DNA from: Akkermansiaceae bacterium
GTDB lineage: Bacteria; Verrucomicrobiota; Verrucomicrobiia; Verrucomicrobiales; Akkermansiaceae
Length of the DNA: 64,000 bases
Assembly (NCBI GenBank): GCA_051251915.1
Contig: JBPOGF010000013.1
Span: 1 to 64,000 of the forward strand
Direction of reading: 5' to 3'
Made by a program: the position numbers and the translations under genes. The notes beneath the pieces are model-generated. The model was not told where the DNA came from and did not search any database. It saw nothing but the letters and a program-made list of their open reading frames with translations. This document shows positions 1 to 8,682 of this stretch, one piece after another; the stretch's first letter is position 1; every line of letters begins with the position of its first letter.

Positions 1-78
1 CAACCATAGACAGGCTTTTTCTGATAGTATTTTCTAACAGAAATTTATCGATGAGTACCCTTAAGTCCGTGCCATTCG
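1..78 (-). mobile_element. Possible terminal inverted repeat of an IS4-family element extending off the left edge
   Basis: Minus strand 78..60 reads CGAATGGCACGGACTTAAG, matching the AATG-N8-TTAAG pattern of the IS4 end at the point where the Ig-like sequence breaks off. No transposase in window. Confidence 0.4.
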
Positions 79-865
79 TGACAGTCCAGTTAGCTCCTGA
101 GCCAGTGAGACTAGAGGCTTGAATAGTGCCATTTGCGACAGTGAAATCAGATTCCTCAAGCCCAGTAACAGCTTCAGAAAAGGTAATACCCACTGTGTAA
201 GGACCTGAAACGCTTTGACTGCTAGTCGTGAGTGTTACAGAAGGAGTGGAGGCTGCGTCTGTGATGAGAATCGCATTGACGTGCAAGTTGCCAAATCCAT
301 TGGTGGCATGAGTGATTGTCTGGGTGGTCGCATCAGTTGTAAATGTCCCAATGACATATTGTCCCCAGTTCGCCCCTTGTCCAGAAACGACGACGGTGGT
401 GGTGCCATCGCCAAATGTCATCGAACGACTATTACGTTGGTCATTGAAAAAGATCTGAATCTGATAAGTCTCGCCACTTGTGAGTCCACTAATTGTTTGG
501 GTTCCAGTAGTCGTTCCAGTATTGGTGTAGGTCAGGGTTTTGAGCAGGCTGTCCATGTTCACATCCCCTGTAGATGCAGCACCATTTGAAGAGTCTGCGA
601 ATGCCAGACCGGTAGTTGCTGGAGCAAAGGTGAAGTCTGAGTAGGTAACATTACTAAATGTATACGAGGACGTCCCGTTACTTCCTCCGTTAGTGATAGT
701 CGCCGCAGCTCCTCCACCCCAAGCATGAATGATGTTTCCTTCAATGAGATTAGATTTCCCCGTGGTCTCGGTGGCCGATCCCCATGTGATGGGAGCAGCA
801 TGGAGAGCGGAAGTGCAGCTCAGAACGAGTAAAGTTTTAAGTAAGGTAGTTATCTTGGTCTTCAT
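1..865 (-). CDS. Secreted protein with signal peptide and Ig-like repeat; partial at the window edge and probably interrupted near nt 78
   Basis: Not in ORF track. ATG at 865 opens MKTKITTLLKTLLVLSCTSALHAAPITWG..., Thr/Ser/Gly-rich, with Ig-like text ITFSEAVTGLEESDFTVANG...SGANWTVT. Frame is open to nt 1 but changes character after about nt 78. Confidence 0.75.
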   Translation of the reverse strand, partial: MKTKITTLLKTLLVLSCTSALHAAPITWGSATETTGKSNLIEGNIIHAWGGGAAATITNGGSNGTSSYTFSNVTYSDFTFAPATTGLAFADSSNGAASTGDVNMDSLLKTLTYTNTGTTTGTQTISGLTSGETYQIQIFFNDQRNSRSMTFGDGTTTVVVSGQGANWGQYVIGTFTTDATTQTITHATNGFGNLHVNAILITDAASTPSVTLTTSSQSVSGPYTVGITFSEAVTGLEESDFTVANGTIQASSLTGSGANWTVTNGTDLRVLIDKFLLENTIRKSLSMV

Positions 866-922
866 AAAGGAGTGTGGTTTTATATTGTTATAATTATAGA
901 CAATAAGAACGTCCGTATAATC

Positions 923-958
923 AAAAAAATCGATCCTCTCAGGAAAGAAAGAACCGAT
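923..958 (-). terminator. Rho-independent terminator of the PEP-CTERM gene
   Basis: Minus strand ATCGGTTCTTTC / GAGAGGATCGAT stem with G-U pairs, followed by a T run. Confidence 0.65.
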
Positions 959-989
959 GAATTTTTTTTAAAAGCTCTTAGAGGAAACC

Positions 990-1700
990 CTACTTTCGAC
1001 GACGTAGAATCAATGTGAGACCGCCAAGCCCGAGAAGAGCAACTGATGATGGTTCAGGGACTGCGATAGCGGTCAGACTTGCATCATCAAGGGCAAAGTC
1101 ATTGCCGTCATTGTGTCCAGTCGCATCGGCATTGTTATCGAGGCTTGTAGATTGGTCGGTGATGTGAACCGTCAGAAAGTTGCTGGTTGCAGTGACGTCC
1201 AGTGTAAAGCCTTGCCACGCGGTATTGTTAAAATCTCCAGTGAAATCGGTTGCGGTGTCGTAAGAGGCAAGTACTGTACCAGCGATGCCAGTGCCATCAC
1301 GTAGTTCTACCAAATAATTATAGGTAGCTGCTTGAGTACTATTGGTAAGCCGTGTAAAGACTTCGAACTGGAACTCGTAGCCAGCGTTGACTTCGACCGT
1401 TTGCCACATTTGACCAAGCGGATCCGAGTTACCTGCGCTGAATTGCACCGCGGAACTACCATTACGGGGGGTAGGGCTAATAGCTCGCGTCCGAACCTGA
1501 CGTCCCGGATTTGATGCTGACGCTGTCTCGATGACATTCCAGTCATCAGGGTCTGTGTCGCCGTTGGCGGCTGGTGTAGGATTCTCGAATCCGCCATTTA
1601 GTAGAAGCTGGTCGCCGACGCTGATTGTGGCACCTTGGGCGGTCGAGGTTATACCTAGCACCACTGCTGAGAATAGGGATCGAGTTTTTATTGTAGTCAT
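990..1700 (-). CDS. PEP-CTERM sorting domain surface protein with a CBM/jelly-roll-like domain
   Basis: Signal peptide, LLNGGFENP motif, C-terminal VPEPSSVALLGLGGLTLILRRRK. Confidence 0.92.
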   Translation of the reverse strand: MTTIKTRSLFSAVVLGITSTAQGATISVGDQLLLNGGFENPTPAANGDTDPDDWNVIETASASNPGRQVRTRAISPTPRNGSSAVQFSAGNSDPLGQMWQTVEVNAGYEFQFEVFTRLTNSTQAATYNYLVELRDGTGIAGTVLASYDTATDFTGDFNNTAWQGFTLDVTATSNFLTVHITDQSTSLDNNADATGHNDGNDFALDDASLTAIAVPEPSSVALLGLGGLTLILRRRK

Positions 1701-1762
1701 GGTTATTTTGGTTTATTGATTTTGTCCTTACTCGGAATGAGTAAGTCTTACCTGTATTGTTA

Positions 1763-1789
1763 AATACCCATAACTACTATTTGGTTACG
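1763..1789 (-). promoter_or_regulatory. Putative ECF sigma promoter of the PEP-CTERM gene
   Basis: Minus strand CGTAACCA-N13-GGTATT, same architecture as at 3984-4010. Confidence 0.6.
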
Positions 1790-1855
1790 AAAATTATCGA
1801 ACTTTATTGAAACCCCTTTATTGACTAAGTCTTTTAAATAAAAACAGCAAGTGAT

Positions 1856-3421
1856 CTAAGGTTTACCATACTCATAGAGTTCCGCAATTTGCGCATCAGA
1901 TAGTGTATGATCAAAGATCATCATTTCATCAATCCGCCCTTTGAAGTCTCGGATGTCGTTTAGCTGTGTGGTCAAAGGCTTCCATGATCCAATCTGACAT
2001 TGCCCCCATTGAAAACGGTCTTTTGATTGGTATTGTACAGACTTAGTGTATCGCGAGGATATTAGTTTTCTACCATCGCAATATAACTGGGCTTCTTGAG
2101 TGTCTAGATCCCAAGTCGTAGCCAGTAAATGCCATTGACCTGCTTGTATGCTATGGGTCTCGGTCTGATATGCTCGTCCACCATGTAGACCAGTTCTAAG
2201 GTTACCGCTACGAGTGATTTGAAAATGAATGTCACCAGATTCCCATCCGTTTGAGTTGATAAGTGTAGATAGCGCTGATGGTAATTGGTCAATGTTTACC
2301 CAGAGTGCCATGGTGAACTGTCTAACATCTTCTGGCCTTTCTAGTTCTAGTTCAACACTGCTGCCACGTCGTTCGAATTGAAGCGCACTACGCGGGGTGA
2401 ATCTGCCAGAAGCTAGACTAGCACGATGTATTTTGCCATGCGTTGACTCGGCTGCATTGAGCGCTTTATTAACTACTTTGTTGTCGCTGATTTGGACAAA
2501 GTCGTAATAAAGGATAAGATCATCACGCTTGAGCATTTTGGCGTGATGAGAGCGGATACGCTTATTCCTTAGGTCCGTAGAGGTAATAAATTTGCCATAA
2601 TCAGCCCCTTTTTTTGTCGGGGGCGCTAACTCTGAGTTCCACTGGTATGCTTTGCCTGCTGTGATTTCTTGGATGCCATTATTAGGGTCGACGACGTTAA
2701 CTAGTCCATCAAACACATGAACATCAGTTTTACCTTGGTAGCTGACTTCGATGCCAAACTCGGTGCCTAGATCAATGACTTCTCGTCCACCAGGTGTGAT
2801 TACTTTAAATCCATGCGCCTCTGGTGGACAGTAGGCCCATATTTTTCCATAGGTCAGCACCACGGTCATTTCATCGATGATTTCAAACCCACACTTTCCT
2901 TCGAGTACAATTTGAGCTCCGTTGCGGAAATTGAGTTGAGCAATGCCCCGATCAAGTGACATAGAACCTTTTTCAAAGTCATTCAAATTTAGCGTGTTAT
3001 TTTCACTGAATTGAGTATCATACTCGGAGTAAAGTGAGACTAGAGGCATTTCTGGCTGTATTGCTGATTGAGTGATTTCATCGTTGTCAGTGCGTGATGA
3101 CATAGTGAAAACCAATGTGATCAACGCTGCAATACCTGCTCCTACTAGGGCGCTGACTAGATGATTAGGTCGTAATTTCTGGATGAAATTGTCGGCAGCG
3201 GGTGGTGCTATATCAACAGGGTTAGCTGAAGCCATACTCAGATGGCAATCCAGTTGATTGAACTGGAGGTAGATTCTACGTGCTTCTTCGCTTTCAGCTA
3301 ATAAATCGCGTAGCACAGCTATATCTGAAACACTGGCTTGTCCCTCACCTGCGTCGAGAAGAGTGGCTTCGATCCAGTCCCGTTGTTCATCGGGAAGTTT
3401 ATTAGTGTCGTCAGGGATCAT
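1856..3421 (-). CDS. FecR-domain anti-sigma factor with C-terminal LamG-like domain
   Basis: TM helix, FecR text GFKVITPGGREVIDLGTEFG...VHVFDGLV, LamG text QWHLLATTWD...FKGRIDEMMIFD; 4-nt overlap with the sigma gene. Confidence 0.88.
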   Translation of the reverse strand: MIPDDTNKLPDEQRDWIEATLLDAGEGQASVSDIAVLRDLLAESEEARRIYLQFNQLDCHLSMASANPVDIAPPAADNFIQKLRPNHLVSALVGAGIAALITLVFTMSSRTDNDEITQSAIQPEMPLVSLYSEYDTQFSENNTLNLNDFEKGSMSLDRGIAQLNFRNGAQIVLEGKCGFEIIDEMTVVLTYGKIWAYCPPEAHGFKVITPGGREVIDLGTEFGIEVSYQGKTDVHVFDGLVNVVDPNNGIQEITAGKAYQWNSELAPPTKKGADYGKFITSTDLRNKRIRSHHAKMLKRDDLILYYDFVQISDNKVVNKALNAAESTHGKIHRASLASGRFTPRSALQFERRGSSVELELERPEDVRQFTMALWVNIDQLPSALSTLINSNGWESGDIHFQITRSGNLRTGLHGGRAYQTETHSIQAGQWHLLATTWDLDTQEAQLYCDGRKLISSRYTKSVQYQSKDRFQWGQCQIGSWKPLTTQLNDIRDFKGRIDEMMIFDHTLSDAQIAELYEYGKP

Positions 3422-3933
3422 GGTGCTTTGTTTTGAAGTGAGAGTTCGATGCAGTTTTGTAGATTCCGCCGTGTTCTTAGAAGCATTTGTTTCACTGCAT
3501 TTGGGGTGAATTCGAGCATAGAGGCAATGGTTTTGATCGGTATTTGCTGAACGTAATACAGATCAATGAGTTTACTGTGCTTGATTTTCAGTTTACTACG
3601 GCAATGCTGAAGGGCGTCCAGACGCTGAGAATAAGCCTCTGCTTCCGCCTCAATATCTTCTGCAAAGGTTTCGAGTAGATCAGGAGTGAGAATTTGAAGT
3701 GGATCACGATTACGGTCACGAACAAAGGCCAGCACTTGAAAACGGGCGATGCTGAATGACCATGCTTGGAAATTGCTACCCATGGTAAAATCGGATTGTT
3801 TCCGCCAGAGCACCAAATTACTTTCTTGGAGAATGTCCCATGAGGATGCGCTATTCCCAATCAATGAATAGATGTATCCATAGATTTTCTGTTGATGCTC
3901 TGTGATGAGCTGGGCGTAGCTTGGTTCAATCAT
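3418..3933 (-). CDS. ECF RNA polymerase sigma factor (Rhodopirellula/Verrucomicrobium type)
   Basis: Region 2 DILQESNLVLWRK...FQAWSFSIARFQV, region 4 HTH IKTIASML...NAVKQMLLRTRRNLQNCI. Confidence 0.92.
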   Translation of the reverse strand: MIEPSYAQLITEHQQKIYGYIYSLIGNSASSWDILQESNLVLWRKQSDFTMGSNFQAWSFSIARFQVLAFVRDRNRDPLQILTPDLLETFAEDIEAEAEAYSQRLDALQHCRSKLKIKHSKLIDLYYVQQIPIKTIASMLEFTPNAVKQMLLRTRRNLQNCIELSLQNKAP

Positions 3934-3983
3934 TACTGGCGAAACAAAAGTGTGATTCTAAAAAGGTAAAACCCTTCACCAGT

Positions 3984-4010
3984 AATACCAAATAATCAGA
4001 CTTGGTAACG
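3984..4010 (-). promoter_or_regulatory. Putative autoregulatory ECF promoter
   Basis: Minus strand CGTTACCA-N13-GGTATT about 50 nt upstream of the sigma start. Confidence 0.6.
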
Positions 4011-4083
4011 TTTTTTTATCATGTAATATACCCTAAGAAAATAAGCCAGTTACTAGATAGAAACATCGCCAGTTCAAAAAAAC

Positions 4084-4644
4084 TTACCTCCGCTCCCACT
4101 CAGTATTCCCTAGCTCCTTAAGCTTTCTCTTCAGCCTACTCTTCGTCGTGCTACTGATACGATCAGTGAAAAGAATACCATTAAGATGATCCACCTCATG
4201 CTGAATCGCTCGTGCAAGCAATCCATCCGCTTCTATCACTTTCACACTACCGTCAAGCTGAGGCATTTGCGCTTTCACTACTGTCGGACGCTTCACTTTT
4301 GCCCTGATCTCTTGAATACTCAGGCAACCTTCCTGCTCCGCCTCTTTAGGCCCACTGAGCTCCAACTCCGGATTAAGAAATACGAGCGGCATATGGTCAG
4401 CAAGCTGAGCATCCTCACCATCCACCTTAAAGAAACTCACGCACTCAGGATCATGCGCCACATCAACAATAGCCAAACGTATGTCCTTGCCTATCTGCGG
4501 CGCAGCCAGACCTATGCCCTCTGCATCACGCATCGTATCTACCATGTCTTCTACCAGCTTCTCTAGATCAGCATCTACATTAGTGATAGGAACACATTTC
4601 TTCCTTAGGACAGGCTCTCCGTATTGGACTATTTCGAGGATCAT
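4084..4644 (-). CDS. def: Peptide deformylase
   Basis: GIGLAAPQIG, EGCLSI, QHEVDHLNG motifs. Confidence 0.97.
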   Translation of the reverse strand: MILEIVQYGEPVLRKKCVPITNVDADLEKLVEDMVDTMRDAEGIGLAAPQIGKDIRLAIVDVAHDPECVSFFKVDGEDAQLADHMPLVFLNPELELSGPKEAEQEGCLSIQEIRAKVKRPTVVKAQMPQLDGSVKVIEADGLLARAIQHEVDHLNGILFTDRISSTTKSRLKRKLKELGNTEWERR

Positions 4645-4664
4645 TACGTTATTAAAAAATTGAA

Positions 4665-5096
4665 TTATTGTTCAGCCTGCGGGCTATTTCCCGTCAAACG
4701 AACGCGTTTCGAGATATACTTAAAGCCAGCCTGAGTCAATGTTTCCAGGGCGAACAGTTCATCTTTCTCCGTTGCTCCTTCATCCTGCTCTAGCTCAAAC
4801 CTCGCATCAGGCTTGATTTCTTGGTAAGCTTTTAAGTAAGTCAGCAGTTGATCACGCTCCACTCGAGTCGCATTCAGCACAAACTTCCCGTCCTTCGAAA
4901 TCGCAATCACCGAGTTCTCCCGCACCTCTACTTGAGTAGCTAAAGCACTAACAGAAGGCAAATTTATCTCCAACGTATGACGCTTCTTTTTAAACTGAGT
5001 TGTCACCACAAAGAAGATCAGCAAGATCGTCAAAATGTCGATCAACGGCAAGATCGGCACCGTCGGTGTTTGTTTTTTACTACGATGAAATTCCAT
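4665..5096 (-). CDS. exbD: ExbD/TolR family biopolymer transporter
   Basis: ILPLIDILTILLIFFVVTTQF TM motif with conserved Asp. Confidence 0.9.
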   Translation of the reverse strand: MEFHRSKKQTPTVPILPLIDILTILLIFFVVTTQFKKKRHTLEINLPSVSALATQVEVRENSVIAISKDGKFVLNATRVERDQLLTYLKAYQEIKPDARFELEQDEGATEKDELFALETLTQAGFKYISKRVRLTGNSPQAEQ

Positions 5097-5110
5097 ATTC
5101 TAACAGTTGA

Positions 5111-5782
5111 TTATTTTAAAGTTCTACCAATCGAGTAAGCCCCCACAAACTTATCCATAACCACCTCTAACCTAGCAGAATAACTATCAATTTTACGGTT
5201 AAAATACCCGTGCGCAATCACCGCTGGCACCGCCACAGCCAGCCCAGATACAGTTGTAATTAATGCCTCAGAAATACCCTGAGCCATTTCCTCATACTTC
5301 TCCTCACCAGCTCCCACCCCCTCAAACACCGTGAAAAGTCCAGTAGCTGTTCCAAGTAACCCCAACAACGGCGCAATCGCTATAATCACCTCTAAAAATG
5401 GAATGCCAACTTGCAGTTTATGAATCTCCTCACGAGCACTCACCTGCACAGCCTCTTGAATCTCCACATCCTTCCGGTCATGACGCTCCAGCACCACATC
5501 ACAAAGTTTTTGCAACACACTAGGATTCGCCTTTCTGCTACTATTAAGACTTTGCGTAGACTCCTCGTCCCCTTGGGAAACATAAGCATTCATGCTCTGC
5601 ACTAAGCTTTCAGGTATCACTTTCTGCCGCACCAAGAGCATTGCTTGATACAGCATCACAGCCATCGCAGCGATGGAACAAAGGATGATAAAATAAATGA
5701 AAACTCCCCCCTTATCGATAAAGGAAATAATGCTATCGAGGAAGTTCTTATCAGCTACTACGGCTTGGGCTATGTGTGTCAT
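5111..5782 (-). CDS. exbB: MotA/TolQ/ExbB proton channel protein
   Basis: APLLGLLGTATG and GISEALITTVSGLAVAVPA. Confidence 0.92.
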   Translation of the reverse strand: MTHIAQAVVADKNFLDSIISFIDKGGVFIYFIILCSIAAMAVMLYQAMLLVRQKVIPESLVQSMNAYVSQGDEESTQSLNSSRKANPSVLQKLCDVVLERHDRKDVEIQEAVQVSAREEIHKLQVGIPFLEVIIAIAPLLGLLGTATGLFTVFEGVGAGEEKYEEMAQGISEALITTVSGLAVAVPAVIAHGYFNRKIDSYSARLEVVMDKFVGAYSIGRTLK

Positions 5783-5797
5783 GATGTTAAAAATTGG

Positions 5798-7126
5798 TTA
5801 TTGAAATCGGAAATAATAGCGGAATTCGAGCGGATCCCCACCCTGATTCACTTTAACTTGTTTCGGCATCGGCGGAATTTTCACCGTAGTCAATGCCTGG
5901 TAGGTAAGGCTCCGTTGGTTCTCACTCCCCATCGTTTGAGCAATCGTATTTATGTTAGTCACCTTACCATTCTCATCCACCATAAACCCAATGCGTAGTG
6001 TCCCCGGTTGGATCAGATCAGCATGCATCATACATCTACGCTGCCATTCCTGCTCCACTAGCTTCGAAACTTGCGCCATATACTTGCCTTCTGGCGTAGA
6101 CTTCACATTCTTCGATGCTATTTTACTCCGTCTAGAAATTGTCCCCTCCATCACCGTCGCTTTAGCCTCAGATCTAAACCCTTTCTCAGCATTCTTAGAA
6201 GCACTCTTATTCTTCGCCGTCTTAGGCTGAGACTTCTGTTTCTTCTGCTTTTCCTCCTGAGACTTTTGCTTCAGCCCATCAGGATCATGCTCATTATTCG
6301 CGATCGTCTTTTTCTGTTCCTCTAAACCTTTCATTTCTTTCGCTCCCACATTCCTAGCAGTAGGCATCTCCTCATTCATCGCTACCTTCTGCTGAGTATC
6401 CAGAAATTCTTTATTCTCCTTATTAGTCTCAGCCAGCTTCCCTTTATCCAACTCCTCACCAAGATCTTCAGTCGCTTCTACGCTACTCTTTATTTCTTCC
6501 TGATCCACCTTAGCTGTCTTGTCCTTATCTGGCTCTAATTCAGATGGAGGCACTATCCGCGCCTCAGATGCCTCACCTCCTTTATTCATATGCTCGAAAT
6601 TTCCATCTTGAAAAGTCGTGTCCACTGTCTCTTCCAAACCATCCTTCATCTTCACACCTTGCACTGAAGCCCTATCAGGTGCTCCAGCCACTACACTCGC
6701 ATTACTAGCCGCTATAGTATCCCTCTCCCCCTGAAGATTCGTATCCGGAACATCACCCGACAACTGATCACTCGTCGTGCGAGCATATTGAGGCAAATCC
6801 TTCGGCTTCGGGGGCTGTATCTTAGGTTGCTCAAGCAACGGCTTATTTGCAGCCAACTCTTTAAGTTCCTGCGGAGTTAATGGAGCATTTTTAGGCGGCG
6901 GCACAATCTTGGGAGGCTTCACCGGATCAAGCTGAATTGAAATAACTATTTCATCCTTCTCCTCAACCTCTTTCTTGACCTCCACAACCTCAGTTTGCAG
7001 CATGATGATTCTCAAACAAATCATCACTGCAATAGCGACATGCAACACCACCGAGATAGCCAAGCACATCCCTGCGGTCATCCATTTACTCGTCCCTTTC
7101 CCCAAAGTTGTATCGATTTCTTTCAA
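5798..7126 (-). CDS. TonB/TolA-like energy transducer
   Basis: N-terminal TM with SVVLH, Pro/Lys/Glu-rich linker, TonB-C-like end (IGFMVDENGKV...IPPMP); upstream of exbB-exbD; TTG start uncertain. Confidence 0.75.
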   Translation of the reverse strand: MKEIDTTLGKGTSKWMTAGMCLAISVVLHVAIAVMICLRIIMLQTEVVEVKKEVEEKDEIVISIQLDPVKPPKIVPPPKNAPLTPQELKELAANKPLLEQPKIQPPKPKDLPQYARTTSDQLSGDVPDTNLQGERDTIAASNASVVAGAPDRASVQGVKMKDGLEETVDTTFQDGNFEHMNKGGEASEARIVPPSELEPDKDKTAKVDQEEIKSSVEATEDLGEELDKGKLAETNKENKEFLDTQQKVAMNEEMPTARNVGAKEMKGLEEQKKTIANNEHDPDGLKQKSQEEKQKKQKSQPKTAKNKSASKNAEKGFRSEAKATVMEGTISRRSKIASKNVKSTPEGKYMAQVSKLVEQEWQRRCMMHADLIQPGTLRIGFMVDENGKVTNINTIAQTMGSENQRSLTYQALTTVKIPPMPKQVKVNQGGDPLEFRYYFRFQ

Positions 7127-7289
7127 TACCTAGATTTTGCCACAATCTGAGTTCAATGCTAGGCGTAAATCATTTTTTCTTACCACTTCAGCCTGAATAA
7201 AATCTACATTCTTCTCAGAATTGACATTGATCCATCACATAGCTGTGCTAGTTTTTAATCCATTCAACAAACTATTCTACTAATATAAA

Positions 7290-7760
7290 ATGAAACTAAT
7301 TACTAGCATCACATCATCAGCAGCTCTCGTCGCCCTCTTCACTACAACAGCGCTCACTCCACAAGCTCAAGCACACTGTGAAGTTCCTTGCGGAATCTAT
7401 GCAGATGATAACGTATTCAATGACCTTCACACCCATCTTTCTACCATCGAAAAGGCAATGAATGAAATCAACGAGCTCTCAAAAGATCCAGGTAAAAATG
7501 CCAACCAACTCATCCGTTGGGTAAACAATAAAGAAATCCACGCCACAAAAATCCAAGAAGTCGTATCCCAGTATTTCCTCACCCAGCGCATCAAGACAGA
7601 TGAAGCAAATACCGACAAAAACGCTTACCTTCTCAAACTCACTCAGCTTCACCAAATGACCGTGCTAGCGATGAAGTGCAAGCAAACTACCGATGTAGCT
7701 CATGCACAAGAACTCCACAAAGTAATGGACGCATTCCGCGCTAGCTACGCGAAAAAATAA
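7290..7760 (+). CDS. sodN: Nickel superoxide dismutase with signal peptide
   Basis: Ni-hook HCEVPCGIY directly after AQA; RWVNNKEIHA and QYFLTQRIK conserved. Confidence 0.95.
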   Translation: MKLITSITSSAALVALFTTTALTPQAQAHCEVPCGIYADDNVFNDLHTHLSTIEKAMNEINELSKDPGKNANQLIRWVNNKEIHATKIQEVVSQYFLTQRIKTDEANTDKNAYLLKLTQLHQMTVLAMKCKQTTDVAHAQELHKVMDAFRASYAKK

Positions 7761-7811
7761 TCATTTCTGATAAGAAACACCTCACCCGAACCGTTTCTAA
7801 CTAACAAACGC

Positions 7812-8651
7812 ATGCGAACATTCATCAAACCGGCCAAAGGAGCCCTACTCACTTCACTCGCCTACACTGTCACCGCCGGATGCTCCATCCTGCAAGCACA
7901 TGAAGGTCACGACCACATCGACTCACCTGAAAAAGCGAAGGAAGCAACAGAGAAAGCCATCTCTAAGGACGGTTCAGATGTCGCTGTAGCTCCCGCCCCT
8001 AAGCTTCAGAAAATCAACGAGACAACATACAAGCTAGGAAAAATCACCATCGACACTAAGAAACGCACCATCAGCTTTGATGCCGCAACCGAAATCACTG
8101 ACACCCTGGTAGAGTATGCCTTAGTTAATCCAGAAGGAAAAGTTCATGAGACACTATTCATCACCGATGTCAGACCCATTAACCTCAACATCGCCTTCAA
8201 GCTCCTAGGATTTAAAGAAAACAAATCTCTCTACCGCCAGTTCGTAAACGATATCCCAACTGAGGCCTTTCAAGAAGCTACCGACGAAGAAAAAACACAG
8301 TCATATTTCACCACCACTATCCACTGGACGGATGAAAAGACCAAGAAAACTCACAGCCTCAACATTAATGAACTCATCCAAAATGCCCAAACCGAAAAAA
8401 CACTCGCTTCCGTTAAGGAGGGCGCAAAATGGTCCTATGGTGGCTCATTTATGCACAACGGTAAATTCGCCGCTGAACTAAATCGTGACCTCATCGCCAT
8501 CTTTACCGATAGAGGAGCCGTGGCTAACTTCGCGGGTGAAGGCAGAGAAGACGACACCCTCTGGCACCCAGTCACAGAAAAAATGCCAGCCTTCGGAACC
8601 AAAGTAACCATCGTCATCACCCCAGAATTCCCAGCAAAAAAGAACAAATAA
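7812..8651 (+). CDS. YdjY-domain exported protein
   Basis: Signal peptide then HEGHDH; VEYALVNPEGKVHETLF...INLNIAFKLLG resembles the YdjY domain. Confidence 0.65.
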   Translation: MRTFIKPAKGALLTSLAYTVTAGCSILQAHEGHDHIDSPEKAKEATEKAISKDGSDVAVAPAPKLQKINETTYKLGKITIDTKKRTISFDAATEITDTLVEYALVNPEGKVHETLFITDVRPINLNIAFKLLGFKENKSLYRQFVNDIPTEAFQEATDEEKTQSYFTTTIHWTDEKTKKTHSLNINELIQNAQTEKTLASVKEGAKWSYGGSFMHNGKFAAELNRDLIAIFTDRGAVANFAGEGREDDTLWHPVTEKMPAFGTKVTIVITPEFPAKKNK

Positions 8652-8682
8652 GACCACTATATTCATCTAACTAACCAGCACC

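Noticed and set aside
215..801. Track ORFs 215-589 (+) and 559-801 (-)
   Set aside because: Shadow frames of the real minus-strand gene starting at 865
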